In this document: positions 13,797-26,800 of the stretch, piece after piece
Layout of the letters: each line of letters opens with the position of its first letter
Position numbering within the stretch: the first letter of the stretch is position 1
Assembly: GCA_027604505.1 (NCBI GenBank)
Contig: JADIIX010000054.1
Coordinates: 62,001 to 126,000 of the forward strand
From: Gonapodya sp. JEL0774
Taxonomy: Eukaryota
Reading direction: 5' to 3'
DNA: 64,000 nucleotides
The notes under the pieces: model-generated
What the model was told of the DNA's origin: nothing
Seen by the model: only the letters and a program-made list of their open reading frames with translations
Databases searched by the model: none
Made by a program: the position numbers and the translations under genes

Positions 13797-14662
13797 TGAA
13801 ACGTTATTCTCTCCCGGACACCGCGGGAGCGCCGCGATGGCTTGTCTTGCTTCTTTTAACGCGAATCAGGTGAGCGTTTTTGTTCGTCGTGCAACTGGCA
13901 CATGTTGCCTTGAAACGGTACCCCCAATATAGAGTGTCCTCTCCTTAGTAATGGAGATGTGGCATGGGACAAATTGGGGAACAGAAGAGGCGACATCGTT
14001 CGCCACCTGGGTTGCAGCAGTTTCCGACATTGATTCGGTCGTTGCCAGGCCTCCTAACCGAGGCGCGAGTCCAGGAACATTTCATGCCTACGGCATGTAG
14101 TGACTGTCGCATCGCTTGGCGTTCTGTGCGTTCTACTGCTGACTTCTTTTCTGTGTGTTTCCGAAGGACTTTTCCAGCTCCACGCTATCAACAGATTTCG
14201 GACTTCTCTATCTTGTTTTGGCTTGCTTGAAACGTCGATCGATTCATTTCAAAGCGGCAACTGCCACTCCTCTGTGGTTCGTGGTTTCAGTGAACTCAGA
14301 GTGGTCAATTGCAACGCCTTTATCTCCGACAGAACCCATCCCGGGTGCAGCGTCACTCTCGCATAGACTCGTATTCATGTTATCTAGATTGTAATATTGC
14401 TCTCGAAGCTAATGTGAATCAAAGTCTCATCACATCATTTTGAGGCAGTCGGTTTGAGGGTAAAACCCCAAATTAGCAGTCATAGTATCACAGTTTGACG
14501 CATCTATCACCGAATGTTTCTTGATCGAAATGGCGAAGGTGACAACTTCGCCACCCCATTTCACACGCATCTGTTACATTTAAGGTCCACACGGGCCCAA
14601 ACAAGTCATCACCCAAGTTCCAACCTTTCAAACTCCCTATTCCAACAAAGCGACAAACGATC

Positions 14663-15894
14663 ATGCCATTTGACAACCTCCTCGATGCTTTCGAAGCCTG
14701 GGCCAACTTTGGCACCGGTTCGATCAACGCTCTGAACTCTATGACGTCCACGAGTATGATGGACGGTGCCCGATGGGCGAAGTTTTGCAAAGAGGCAGGA
14801 CTGGTGGACGGGAAGGTTGTTACAGTGACGGAAGTGGATATTGTATTCAACAAGGTGAGAGAAAGGTCCAAGCCTTCTGCCAGAGAAGTATTCGCTCATC
14901 GCTGAAATCTATCTTGCATGTTACGACTCGAACACAGGTTCGTCCTCCCAACCAACGCAAAGTTGACTACGAGGGATTCATGCGCGGGTTGGAGTTCATC
15001 TCCGAGAAGAGATTCCCGTCCGTCAAGACACAACCCGAACGGATGAAGATGATAATTTCGGAGGTACTTGAGTCATCGGGTAAGTTTGAGTGGATGCAGC
15101 TGATCAACCATTTGAACAACCATGTGGATCATGTTGACACTTCGGTTCGAACTTTTGCAGGTCCACTGGCAAAAGTACGATTTGGAGCGCGCACGGTTAC
15201 CAACGCATGAAACATGCACTTACAATTATCTGATTGAATTATTAGACAAACGTGGCACCCACAACTGAAGCTACGACTTCTGTTGGTGAGTTTGACAGAG
15301 TAGTGGTTGGTTGTTGGTGATCCACATCACCCACGATCATTGTGGTTTTGTTCCAGTGAACCGCCTCACTGACGTCACAGGCTACACTGGTACACACAAG
15401 GTATGCTCGTTTGACTATTTCACGTCCGTTACTCTCTTTGCAACCGGTCCGCACGCCAGGAACGCTTCAACACCGACGGGACCGGTCGTGGACGGGACGG
15501 GCGCGACACCACCGCCGGCCTTGGCAAAGCTTCCAACAGAACTTACAAGGGTATTGTTCAAGATGTGGTGCCTCCCACTGGCAAACGCGCTATCACTCAG
15601 AGCATGGAGCAGGTGTATGGAATGGAAGGTCTCGCCCCCCTCGCGAAAAAGGGTGACGTGAGGAGCAGTACGGAGAAGATGGCGGGTAGTAAAGGAAGTT
15701 TGAAAGGGGGAAACGTGTTTGACAGGTTGACGAATTCCAATGCCTACACCGGTACTCACAAGGAGAGGTTCAATGCAGACGGGACCGGGCGCGGGATGGG
15801 TGGAAGAGACTCAATAGCCAAAGGAGCGGGGACTCAGTCCGTGTACAGGGGCGGGGATGTGAAAGATTTGAGCCAGATTGTGACGAGGCGATAA
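14663..15894 (+). CDS. TPPP: Fungal-type TPPP/p25alpha microtubule-associated protein (full plus extra partial p25alpha)
   Basis: MDGARWAKFCKEAGLVDGK..TEVDIVFNKV, then two copies of RLTD/NxxxYTGTHKERFNxDGTGRGxxGRD after splicing. Confidence 0.92.
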
Positions 15895-16124
15895 GACGTT
15901 TGCTGGCGGCGGAGGTGTGAACTATTCTATTTATACCATTTGCACAGAATGTTCTTTTCGCAGTTCCTGTAATCTATGTTGCGTTTGTTTCTCTAACTGC
16001 ACATTGTGGATATGGAATGTTCAGAAGGGACCAGCTCCAATGAGGCACCAACTCCACTTCGGCCCGCCAACGTTTGTGACGCATAAGTCAGTTCAACGCT
16101 CCTTCGAATCTCTTCTCCAAAACA

Positions 16125-17989
16125 ATGCCCGGCCTCTCTGCAGCTTCATCCTCCAAAAGCGCTCCCGCTTACCCGCGCTTGACCAAGCTATCGGCGTTGA
16201 CCTGCACACTCGCTGACGCTATCCAAGTTCTCGATCGCGACGGTGCGGTGATCGTTACGGATTTGATGACCAAGGAAGATGCGGCGAAAATTATTAAAGA
16301 CATGGAGCCGTACTTGGAGAGGGCGGGGGCATCAAACAGTGAGTAATCGGGTTGGGCGGATTTGCTGCCGAACGAATGGGGACGGGCCCCCTTGTGGATC
16401 TTAAAGCATGATCATCCTCATCGTCTGGAATAGATGATTTTGCGGGATTCAAGACATTCCGAAGTGGAGCATTGCCGGCTCGCTCGCCCACCTTCAACGA
16501 GAGGGTTTTGCTCAATCCGAGTGAGTTCAGTTGGTCATCCACACCACGTTGGTTACAATACCGTAACGCAATCACGATGCGCAATTTTTTACGTCCAAGT
16601 TTTCTTGGGCCTCGCGGAGCACACCCTCTCCAAATGGTGTGAGAGGTTCCATGTGATGGCGACACAGGTGATCAAAATCATGCCGGGGGAGAAAGCACAG
16701 GAGCTCCACAGGTGAATTGATTTGCCACTCTGCTTGATTGCTTGTTTGGATTTCTTTGTTTGCTAACAAATTTGTTGGCACCACATTACTTCTGTGATGG
16801 ATAGGGATCGCCAAGCATGGGGCACGGACCTTCTCGGGGACCAAGTCGAGCCTCAATTGGCCTCGATGTGGGCACTGTCTGAATTTACGAAAGAGAACGG
16901 AGCCACGCGCGTTGGTGTGTACTCGTGCTGCTCTGTGACTCGTCGTCCGTAACATCACATTGTTGACCACAATCATCATCGATCTTCTCTGCCTTCCAGT
17001 TCCCCGTACCCACATTCGCCCACTTGACTACTCGATAAAGCCAACTGAATCTCAAATCTGCTACGCGGAAATGCCCGCAGGCTCTGCCGTGTTTTATACC
17101 GGCTCCGCTATTCACAGCGGCGGTGCGAACGTGACCAAGGACAAGATCAGGTGGGGTATGCACGTGAGCTATGCTGCCGGTGAGTGGTGTTTGGCTGGCT
17201 GGCGGTCATATCTGAGGAGGTTAAGTGAAGTGACTCAACTCAATGTGTGTTCGGTGTAAAAGGATGGTTGCGCCAAGAAGAGAACCAGTACTTGAGCTGC
17301 CCACCCGAGATCGCCAAAAAACTTGACGTGAGAGTGCAGGAGCTTCTTGGATAGTGAGTTGTTCCGTTCGGGTCTTTTGACGTTTGCAGAGGTGGTGGGA
17401 GTGAATAATCCGACTGAATGCGCCTTCCTGAATTCACTGATGGTACTGTGTAACCCGCCTGGAATATTTTGCAGCACCATGGTGAGTTAATATCCTAAAT
17501 TGGGCTTGAGACGGAAGAATTCGGCGCTTGTCCACTCGGAACTCACCAAAGAGCAACTGCGCATGGCTCTGATGGATAGGGTATCAATGGGACACGACAG
17601 TTGTTGGGATACGAGCTCAATGAATGCTGGTGTAATTGGATAGAGGGTGTCACTTGCTCGAAACTCCACGATCCGGAAGTTTGGATGTTGAATTCCAAAT
17701 TGTCAGAATTGGAGCACGCAAGATTCAATTTGCATCCAAGACACGGACTCAGTTCAATCGCTGTATACATTTTGCATCTGATGCATATACTATCTTCCAA
17801 CCGCAGGCGGACAAATCCCTCGGCTACTACTCTCCGCCGCTCGCACAAGATATCCCCAGTCAGGTGGACACGCATGAGGCGTTTGGTGGTAACGATACTC
17901 TATCTCCCGAATTTGCGCTGGGACGTCGGCCGAGAAAAGAGGCGAGCTTCAACCGATTGGTACGGTACGACAAGCCCGCCAAACTGTAG
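16125..17989 (+). CDS. Phytanoyl-CoA dioxygenase (PhyH) family 2OG-Fe(II) dioxygenase with C-terminal PTS1 (AKL)
   Basis: [41 protein letters not shown] 7-nt microexon 17475-17481 links to last exon 17807-17989 ending DKPAKL*. Confidence 0.9.
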
Positions 17990-18202
17990 GTGGCTTAGAT
18001 AACGAGTGACCGATTTTGGATCATTTATTGTGAGAACTGAGTAAATCGCACAGAAAGGAAGCCTTATGTAGTTGTGCAAGTGCCCTCTCAGAATAATATC
18101 ATCCACCCTAACCAGCTTGGCAAACGTTGGTCGGCATGACTCATCCCGAGCTCTTCAACAGAGAAATCGTCACCGCCTGTACCATCAACTTTTCTATTCT
18201 CG

Positions 18203-19649
18203 ATGAACGCAACAATGCAATCAAGTACATCAAATCAGAATACCCGCTCTTACTCTGGGCACTCGAGTGTTCATAATCATGCCGAATCTGCTCCGTCCAA
18301 GATTTCTTCACCATCAACCCTTGTGAACGATTCCGGTCAGAGCCAGAACGCGGATAATCAAACAGCATCCGAATCAACTCAGCGCCTTATTACAAGTCAA
18401 TCCAGAAGACGCTCGTCTGTGCTCTCCACGAGATCCACGCCCTCCCGACCACACAGTCCGGCTACAGAAGCCCTGCTCTCCTATGTCCACAAGGATCGTA
18501 GAACTTTGCTCATTGCAGTAGATGAGAGTGATCAGGCAATGGAGGCTGTGGATTGGACAATAAAGGTGATTTGGTGTGTGAACAGGGAAACTTTGGGTCA
18601 AGCATAACAATGAATTTCTTCCTAATATCCAGAACCTATTGAAACATGACGATCAGGTGAGTGTGGGAATGGAATGGGGCAGAAGAAAAGGAGTTCGCGG
18701 GAAGGCGATATTGGACGCAATATGCGACGTCACTTGTAGCTAAATCGCTTACTCTCCAACCACTGTCGAGGTCATTCTTCTCTACGTTGTCCCAGAATCC
18801 GTAGTACGAGACATCGTCAACACAGGCGCCCCAACCACTCCGGTATTGGAACACCAAAATCCCGACGGTCAAGCAGACAGCAGCAGCGGAGTGGAAGAGG
18901 TGTTCGCTTCAATGGTAATTATGGCTCAATCTATATGTGTGGACTTTTCTTGTACGAGAGCTTCACTTTCTTTTCATCACACCACTCTCAGGTCCGAAGC
19001 CTCACTCGCCGCTATAGTCCCCGATTTCGAGCAGCAGCAAGCACAACTGCTTATTTACAGTCTGCTGCGCCTGAAATAGCACCCGCAGAATCACACCATG
19101 CACATTCTCCATCCTCCGCCACGATACCCGTGAGGGACTTCGATTCCCAACCAACTGTACGACAACCTTCGCGTCCAACTGCACTCGCAACACCTTCACA
19201 GGAACAAAACTCTTCCACCCTCCGCCAACCGCTATGCAACATCAATTTAATTATTGATGTCAAGATGGGTGACCCAAAACTCGTAATCTGTGAGACAGTG
19301 AGTAACTCGAGACCCTCCACCTCTCAGGGATCTGACCGTAGAATCCTACATACCCAAACGCTCTCCTCTGCTTAGGCGGCGTCTCTTTCAGCGTACATGG
19401 TTGTTATCGGATCACGTGGTCGTGGTGCTCTGAAGAGGTAACGAATATCACGCCCTGTTCGTTCCATTCACAGTTCGATCAAAGACTAATTTGGCATTCA
19501 ACGACTCACCCGGTCCACTACCGTACACCTTACCTTTTAACAGTTTTCTTCTAGGTTCTGTTTCGCTCTACGTCGCCCAACACTGCCACTCCCCTGTCAT
19601 CGTTGTGAGGGATGGGATGGCGAGAGGCGACACCGGGTTAACAGGTTGA
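18203..19649 (+). CDS. Universal stress protein (Usp) domain protein
   Basis: LLIAVDESDQAMEAVDW, GDPKLVICE, MVVIGSRGRGALK, LLGSVSLYVAQHCHSPVIVVR; TGA 19647-19649. Confidence 0.88.
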
Positions 19650-20047
19650 GTAGCTATGATGGTCAAAGTCTCTAAGAGGTGGTGCAATTGGCTGTTGAGT
19701 CACGGAGAAATAACTTCTGTAGATGGATCATCATATGGAGAAGAGTTTGAAGATCAATCCAAGCTTTCGAACGCGGTAGCTATTTCCGCGGTAAAGCTCC
19801 AGCAAATGTGAGAAAGAAACAAGAATGTGAAGAATTGGGTGTCCATTCCGCGAGCTTCAAACGATTCGTGGTTACCAGAACTCCAACACCATTGACAGAG
19901 TTCGAGACATTTGAGCCACCTTAAAAGTTCATTCTCACCACGTAAGTAATAATGTATTCAATATTCATTCTATATGATGGTGCATTCTAATCGCCTCCGC
20001 CAATATAATACGCAACAACAAGAAACCCCACGCATTGAATCCGCTCC

Positions 20048-22964
20048 TCACAATCCGATGGACGGGTCTTTCTTCGTCTCAAGTACAATCTGTGTCCTCG
20101 CCATCTCCTCGGCCTCCTCTGCGGAAACGTGCACGCGTGGGCCGACGAACCAGAACTTGGCCCAGATCCAGTAGACCGAGATCAGCAATGACACGCCCAC
20201 GAGCATAATTGGTGTAAAGTTGAGGTTCTCGACTGTGACGGGCATGAGCTGAGGGAGGCAGAGAAGGATCACGACGTAGACCATGAAGATGATGGCGATG
20301 TAGTTGATGAGCAGCGAGTATCTGCCGAGGTCTGTTCATGGGTACGGAAAGAACATATGTGTTACTATGTACTACATGTAGCACAACAACGCAAAGTGAG
20401 GAACACACTGAAGCCGCTCTGCTTGAATGTATCGCGTGCCCAAACAACCTTGCAGATAGTAGGCAACGTGTACGCAATATATGTCCCCACTGTGGAGAAG
20501 CTCGCAAACGCTGAGACAGCGACGCTAGAACCAAAGTGCGCAGACACCAAGATCCCTGGAGCAGGTGAACGAGCGGTTGTGAGCCGTCCAATCAACAAGG
20601 GCACAGCACAAAAGTGGACGAGTTACGTACACGTCACAAAAGCATGGACCCAGATGGCGCGGATGGGCTGTTTTGTTTTAGGGTGTACCTAGATTCAAGA
20701 GAGAAGCACGGGTGAGATTGCAAACGCGTTGTTTGTTCTCACAAGAAAACTCACCCAGTGGAACCATTTGGGAATCGCACCGTCACGGGCCCAGGCGTCT
20801 GTGTTGTTGAAGATAACGCGTCGGGGTGTGAGCGAGCGACCTCATGATGCCACCATATAAACAGTGATGATAGGGAAACATACACAACGCCCGCGAGCCT
20901 CCGTTGTGTCCAGCTTGGATGTTCCAAATGTACTGTAGGATCATATAAATGGTGAGGAACATGGTGACTTCCTTGTTACCGCCCGTACCCTACATAGGAA
21001 GGAATAAATACACAATGGTTTTGTTGAGGTTCAACGATCAAAAATGCCAACCAAGAAACAAACAACGAACCTGTTCAAAAACGCACACCAACGACTGCTT
21101 GTAGCGGCAGTTGAGTACAGCGTCAACGTCTGTGATGGAGTAGTTGAGGATCAGGATGAAGGCGTATCCCAGAATCTGAGAAGCGGCGAGAGAGACAATT
21201 ATGGAACGGGATGGGGCCGTGGCGGAGTCAACAGTTTCCTGGCAAAGTAGGGGTTTTAAAAGGATGATTGAGTTTGCAGGGACACGGTTGCGGAGAAACC
21301 AGAAGCTCACCTCGCTGATGTCTGTCAAGGGGTGATTGAAGAGTGTGAATGAACTTTAAGCTGTCTGAAGCCTACGCAACCGAAAAGTTCTTAGATCTTA
21401 CGTGCGGAAACCTGGGGTACGGAGTTAGAGCGATCATAGGAATGTCATTCATCAGTACGCCAGCAGCGAACACTCAACTGTATACTTACATCATAGCCCC
21501 AGAAACCTATTCATGACACAAGAGAGAAACGCATCAGTTGCGTTTTAGTTTCTTTTCGAGATCTCCGAGCTGAACACCTCTTGCAATGACTCACACCAAA
21601 TGGGCATCAAAAAGCTGAGCTGGAATGCGATGGCTTTGTTATCCCATCCCGTCTGATCAACAAAACTGCCCCAGGTCTGAGCGGCGGTCGCTTTCGCGGG
21701 CGAGAGAGCGAGGAGGGGGACTTGCAACGGAAACAGGAAACGTGGGAGAGAGTTCGCTCGAGTTACAAGGCGGATCCCTGCGTCAATTACACCTTGAACT
21801 CACTCCCAAAGACAAACAGTCCTGACGCAATCCCGACCAGCGCGGTGTACGTGCAGTATCTCAAGAATCGTTCTCCTAGGGAGTTGCTCATTGCACCGAT
21901 GAATGCCAGGCCACACGCGATGGCGTACTCAGCGCCGGCAGAGCTCTTGTAGTCAGGGTGGTAGATTTGAATGGCCGAGACGACGAGAGTGGCTACAGTG
22001 AGGCCCTGTGAAGGGTGAGGTAAAATAATGAGAAGGGAGATGGTGTGAGAAGTTGTCGTGGTGGTGCGGAAACGTTGGGTTGCTTTGTGTGAAATTTCTC
22101 ACACTCGATGCACCACTGATGTGGAGGGCGATGATATCAAACCAGCCAGTGATCCAGGCCATCCCTAACCACAGTTAATTGGTAGAACGAATACCTCACT
22201 CAATTTGGCCACTCAAAGGTCAAGGTGAGAGCACTTTGCACTTACAAGGACCCCATCCCGGGCCGGACAATTTGGCAGACCAGTAGTAGAGGCCGCCTGC
22301 TGTGGGATAGGTTGAGCAGATCTCGGCCATGCTGTAGAAGAAGGACCGGAATTCATTGTCAGTGGGTGGTGAAAGCTACAGGCGCTGGGGTCCGCACTCG
22401 TGGGTAAAACTTACGACAGCGCTGTCGTCATACAGAAGATGGCAATGAGGGGCTGGTAGTCCGTTGATATTTTCAACCTGATCAAGCTCCATCCATGACG
22501 AGATGAAAATGAAACGCTCAATTTACCCATCCGATGAGCATTGCTTGAGGTCCTCCGGTTGTTATCTGAGGGCGTAACAGATCTGAGATAAGTGTATAAC
22601 CCTTCAGCGAGTCATGAGGTACTTGCAGCGAAAGAGTAGAGCGTTGCAATTGACGAGACATAACCGATGTATCCAAAGCTGGTCGCCATGTTCAGCATAA
22701 AACCCCATTTCCGGCTCAACTCTTGGCCTGTACAACAGCAATTGTCACCGATAAGCCTCGATATGGACGGCAGTGTGTGAGAAGGCGCCGTAAAACTACT
22801 TACGATAACCCATACGCGCGAGTACGACCTCATCTCATTGACGGGAAAAAGAGGGAGCACAGGACGGAGTCACGCCATCAGCAACAATTCCTTGCAAGGG
22901 AGCACGATGGCAGACAGTTTGAGGACATGGCGTGCTTACCGGACTCCTTCACTGCGCCGCTCAT
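20048..22964 (-). CDS. APC-superfamily amino acid/GABA/choline permease (Uga4/Tpo5-like), many exons
   Basis: DEVVLARMGYRQELSRKWG, MAEICSTYPTAGGLYYWS, WCFWGYDVSAHISEET, AWARDGAIP, FCLPQLMPVTVENLNFT, WFVGP. Confidence 0.92.
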
Positions 22965-23834
22965 GATGGCAGTGACTTGGGGTAGAATTTACAGGTCGGT
23001 GAGCCAAAAAAGAGCTTTATATATGGGGGGCATGAATGAAATGAAACCTCGATCGCCTGTGAGGACCAGGAAGGCGAGAGGGCGGGCCGGCGACCCGTAC
23101 ACAGTGGGGTGGGTGCAAGGGAGGGGGCGCAGGCTGTGGCATGCGGAGTTCACCCCACACACATTTGATCGATTGATCAGGTGAAAACCAAACAAACTCT
23201 GCTGACGGCTGACGGCGCTTGTGAAATAATTACTAATTATTTCCTATCTTGAGTAAAGTATGTATTCCACATCACAGATGACGGTCGAGTTTGTGTGGGT
23301 CATGAGAACCAGTTGTCGCCAATAAAAAGTCTAAAAGACTAGGGGATTCGTTTTGGGTGCCCGCAAGATTTGACTCGATGGTCCACAAACATGATGCTCG
23401 AGCCAATGCTCTGGGCTATCAATGCGTTGTCGGCTCGGAGAATATTGGTTTACCGATCAGGGCGACCAACTTGATGAAAGGTACGGCCGTGAATGCATGA
23501 TAAGATTTGCACAAAATAGGAACCAGATGTGCACACACTGCATATATGGGATGTACATATGGAACGATACTGAAAGCCATCCGATCACACCGGTGTTTAT
23601 GAACTATAGAACAGAATCGTCTGGTCCAAGTAGCATACGGAAGAACATAATGCGGTCCATCAATGTCGCAATGCATATCCGTGAAACTCTGGCGGTGGAG
23701 CCCCACGTTCACATTGTTAACGGATATGTATGTACATATGTACATGCAAGTGTATCAAATGGTTGATTTCATGCTGAGCTCACATGTTCTTCCCCAGTAT
23801 GCGCACAGTTCCCATCAAGCAACTGGCCCGCTTC

Positions 23835-26800
23835 CTACATCTCCGGGGGCCGAATCTCGCCTCGACCATCAGTGCCGTCGCCAATATCTTCCGGCACGGT
23901 CTCAGGCGTAGGTAGAATGAATCCTGACACGTGTTTTCCCGTGTCCCTATGTGCAACACCAGCTCCCCGCCCTGGCTCGCTGTGATCCATCAGCCGACTC
24001 CCCAAAAGATGCACACTTCCTGGAAACATCACGCTCCCCGTTTTACCTCCACTCGTAGCAAGACTGGCGTTGTGGTTGATCGCACCGTCGGTTGGTGTTG
24101 CTGCTTGGAAGCCCCCGTTGAGAACGGGTATAGAGCCCATATCGACAATGGGTTCATGGTAGATCAGGTCTTCGTTTATTTTTATTGTGGAAAAACCGTA
24201 TCAGTCACTTGCACTGCAGCGGACGAAAACGTTCTGAGCACCTGGTGGTGTCTCTCAAGAAAAACTAACCTCCAATGTTCATTTTGAACAAATATTCGAA
24301 AAACTTTTCATGGTTGGCACCCGAGAGTTGGTAGCAAATGAGCAAAAACGGGTGGTAGCTAACCAAGAAAACATTGAGGTTACAAACGATATTCTTCTAA
24401 ACACCAACTCCACACCACATACCAATCAATCGCCCGTTCCAGCGCAGTCAACTGCGGTAGTGCGATCTTTCCTTGCTCGTACCATCTGGAAAACACCGCA
24501 CGGATATTCTCCCTAGACATCCTCGCCTTTTCCATGCCCGCACCTCTACTTTTGAGCGACCCAGCGCTCGACATGGCCATACTAGATCGTCCCATCGACT
24601 TGTCCTGTCCTCGAAAGACCTTCACGAGTCGGTTGACCTTGTCGGCCTTGGCCGACTCGCGGTATCGGTGGGGCCAACGATATCGGATGTACAGGAAGAT
24701 GATCCCAAGGATCACCACAGCGCCGGCGAGAAAGACAACCAGAAGTATGGAACCTCTTGCGTCTACGTTTTCGCCACTGGAGTACGCAATTAAGCCCACA
24801 ATGGCAGTCCATCCACCCAAAATGTACGCGTATGAAGACCAATAGAGAGCCTGGATGAGAGTTCCCACAAATGCGAAGGGCGGAAGAGTGATAAGTAGGC
24901 ACGTAGGAGAGAGTACAGGTTTTTCATGATCCATAACATACCCAGGTGATTTTTGACGCAGGAAGACAAATGGTCACAATCACCATTACCGTTGACAAGA
25001 CAAAATTCAGGATCAAGTGCACTAGAGGGCTCGACGAAGCAACGAAGACTCGGCTGTAAAATGATTGCAGCTGAATGACAAGAGGCGACCATCCAACTGT
25101 TTTCGAATTACTCACAAAAAAACGTACAGCCCCCTGGCAACAGTGGATAGTGCATGGTACCAACTCTCGAACTTGATATCAAGTCGCACCTGCATTTCCT
25201 GCCAGAAATGGCTAGAAAGGATACTTAGTGGCACAAACATAACACAGACCACGGAGGATATGAGAAAGGAGACCCAATGTGGTACTGTCCAACACTGGAA
25301 GTCGAGGTAATCTCCTCTCCAACAGGTACCATCCGCCATGCAGCGACATGCCCCGATCGCCAGAAGTTCATTGAGGGATGGAATGAGACCAATGTTTGCC
25401 CAGAGGGGCATGGCCCACGCCAACAGGGATATTACCGTTCGAACTTGAGGCACGTGGCTCTTGTAGGAAGCCGCGAACCAAAGTGCATTCCAGAACGAGC
25501 AAATGATTATCACGACAACGAAGTAGTATTTCTGGAACGAAATGGATTCTTATCGGCGATTGCGATGGGACATCAACCAATTCCAACTCACCCACGGGAT
25601 TTCCCAGCCGAGAAAAGCAATAATCGTGAACAGTGATTTAGCTCTGTCGAAAGCAAATTGGAATGGTTTGGTGTGCATGATATTGAGGGCAATCTGAATG
25701 GCGTCAAAAATCGTGTACGCCAGTATGAGAGTGTTGTCCACAGAATCTCGTATCAGAGGGGGGTTCACAGGCACAGCTGGTTTGCTAGCCATGTTTTCAT
25801 TGTCTTCATCATTCTTGGTTTCTCCTCGTATACGAAAGCCGTACTTCTTGATGACAAAGGCAACCGAACAGATCAGTTCGAGGAGGAACACAACCATGAG
25901 GAGGACAACAAGCCCCGCGGCGACAGGCTGAAACCTCGAAATTCGAGAGAAGCCGTACAGGAAATCAGTGGCGTACTTCTCGCGTTGGTCCAAGATGTCC
26001 GGCCCTGTGTAGGTCGTAACCTTTGGAGCTCCACATCCGTCATACTGAATTGTCGACGCGTACGTCATGTTGCCCGCATTGGATGTCAAGTCGAAGAGAA
26101 AGATTGTTCGCGAACCTTGATTGCACGCACATCTTTCGTCTGTGGGATCGCACAGAGTTGTATAAGAGAACGGGCCCGCACGAAATCCGCCTGTGAGGAA
26201 AACAGATGAGAAATAGACGCTTCCAAGAAGTTTTGAGCCATCCACAAGCGAATCTGCGGACAAAACACGTTCGATGTTCAATGCAATGAACTTTGCAGTG
26301 ATAAAGCCTTCGAGTGCCGCTACTCGAGCAGTGCCAACTGGCGCAGAATACATGGTCACTGCCCTTTGAAAATCGACTACAATCTGGTAGGAAGTGTCCG
26401 TTGGAAGTGGAACTACCGAAGACCAAACAATCCTGGAGGCGTTTCCATTCGCGGAGGCACTTTGAAGAAACAGCAGTGAGCTTTCAGCGTCCACCCAGCT
26501 ACCCAGCACAAATGTTTCCCTTTTGGAACGAGTCTCTGTCACGGATGCCGAGATTAGCGCAGGAACTTGAACAATCGCAGTTTTTATTGTCCACAAATCC
26601 TGAGTAAGTAACAGGATGGCAGTCGGAATCCTGATGAGCTCCGTTTGGTAATCAACCGGTCCTGCAATCACGGCAGCCAGCTCTTCATCCAAACACCCAA
26701 TATTCGAGCAGGGAGAAAAGGTGGTGACTGTTAGAGGAACAACCTGGTTGACCATGAGCGCAATTACAGCTTCATTTTTCAAAGTAGTTCCGAAGGTTGT

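Noticed and set aside
13904..13917. GTTGCCTTGAAAC as an RFX X-box for TPPP
   Set aside because: Poor fit to the consensus and about 750 bp from the TPPP start.
22834..22890. Apparent in-frame TGA before DEVVLARMGY in the permease (possible Sec or readthrough)
   Set aside because: It falls within intron 1; splicing MSGAVKES-D-EVV explains the frame.
23419..23911. Overlapping 80-115-aa ORFs on both strands
   Set aside because: No motifs or splice support; likely 3' UTR or intergenic.
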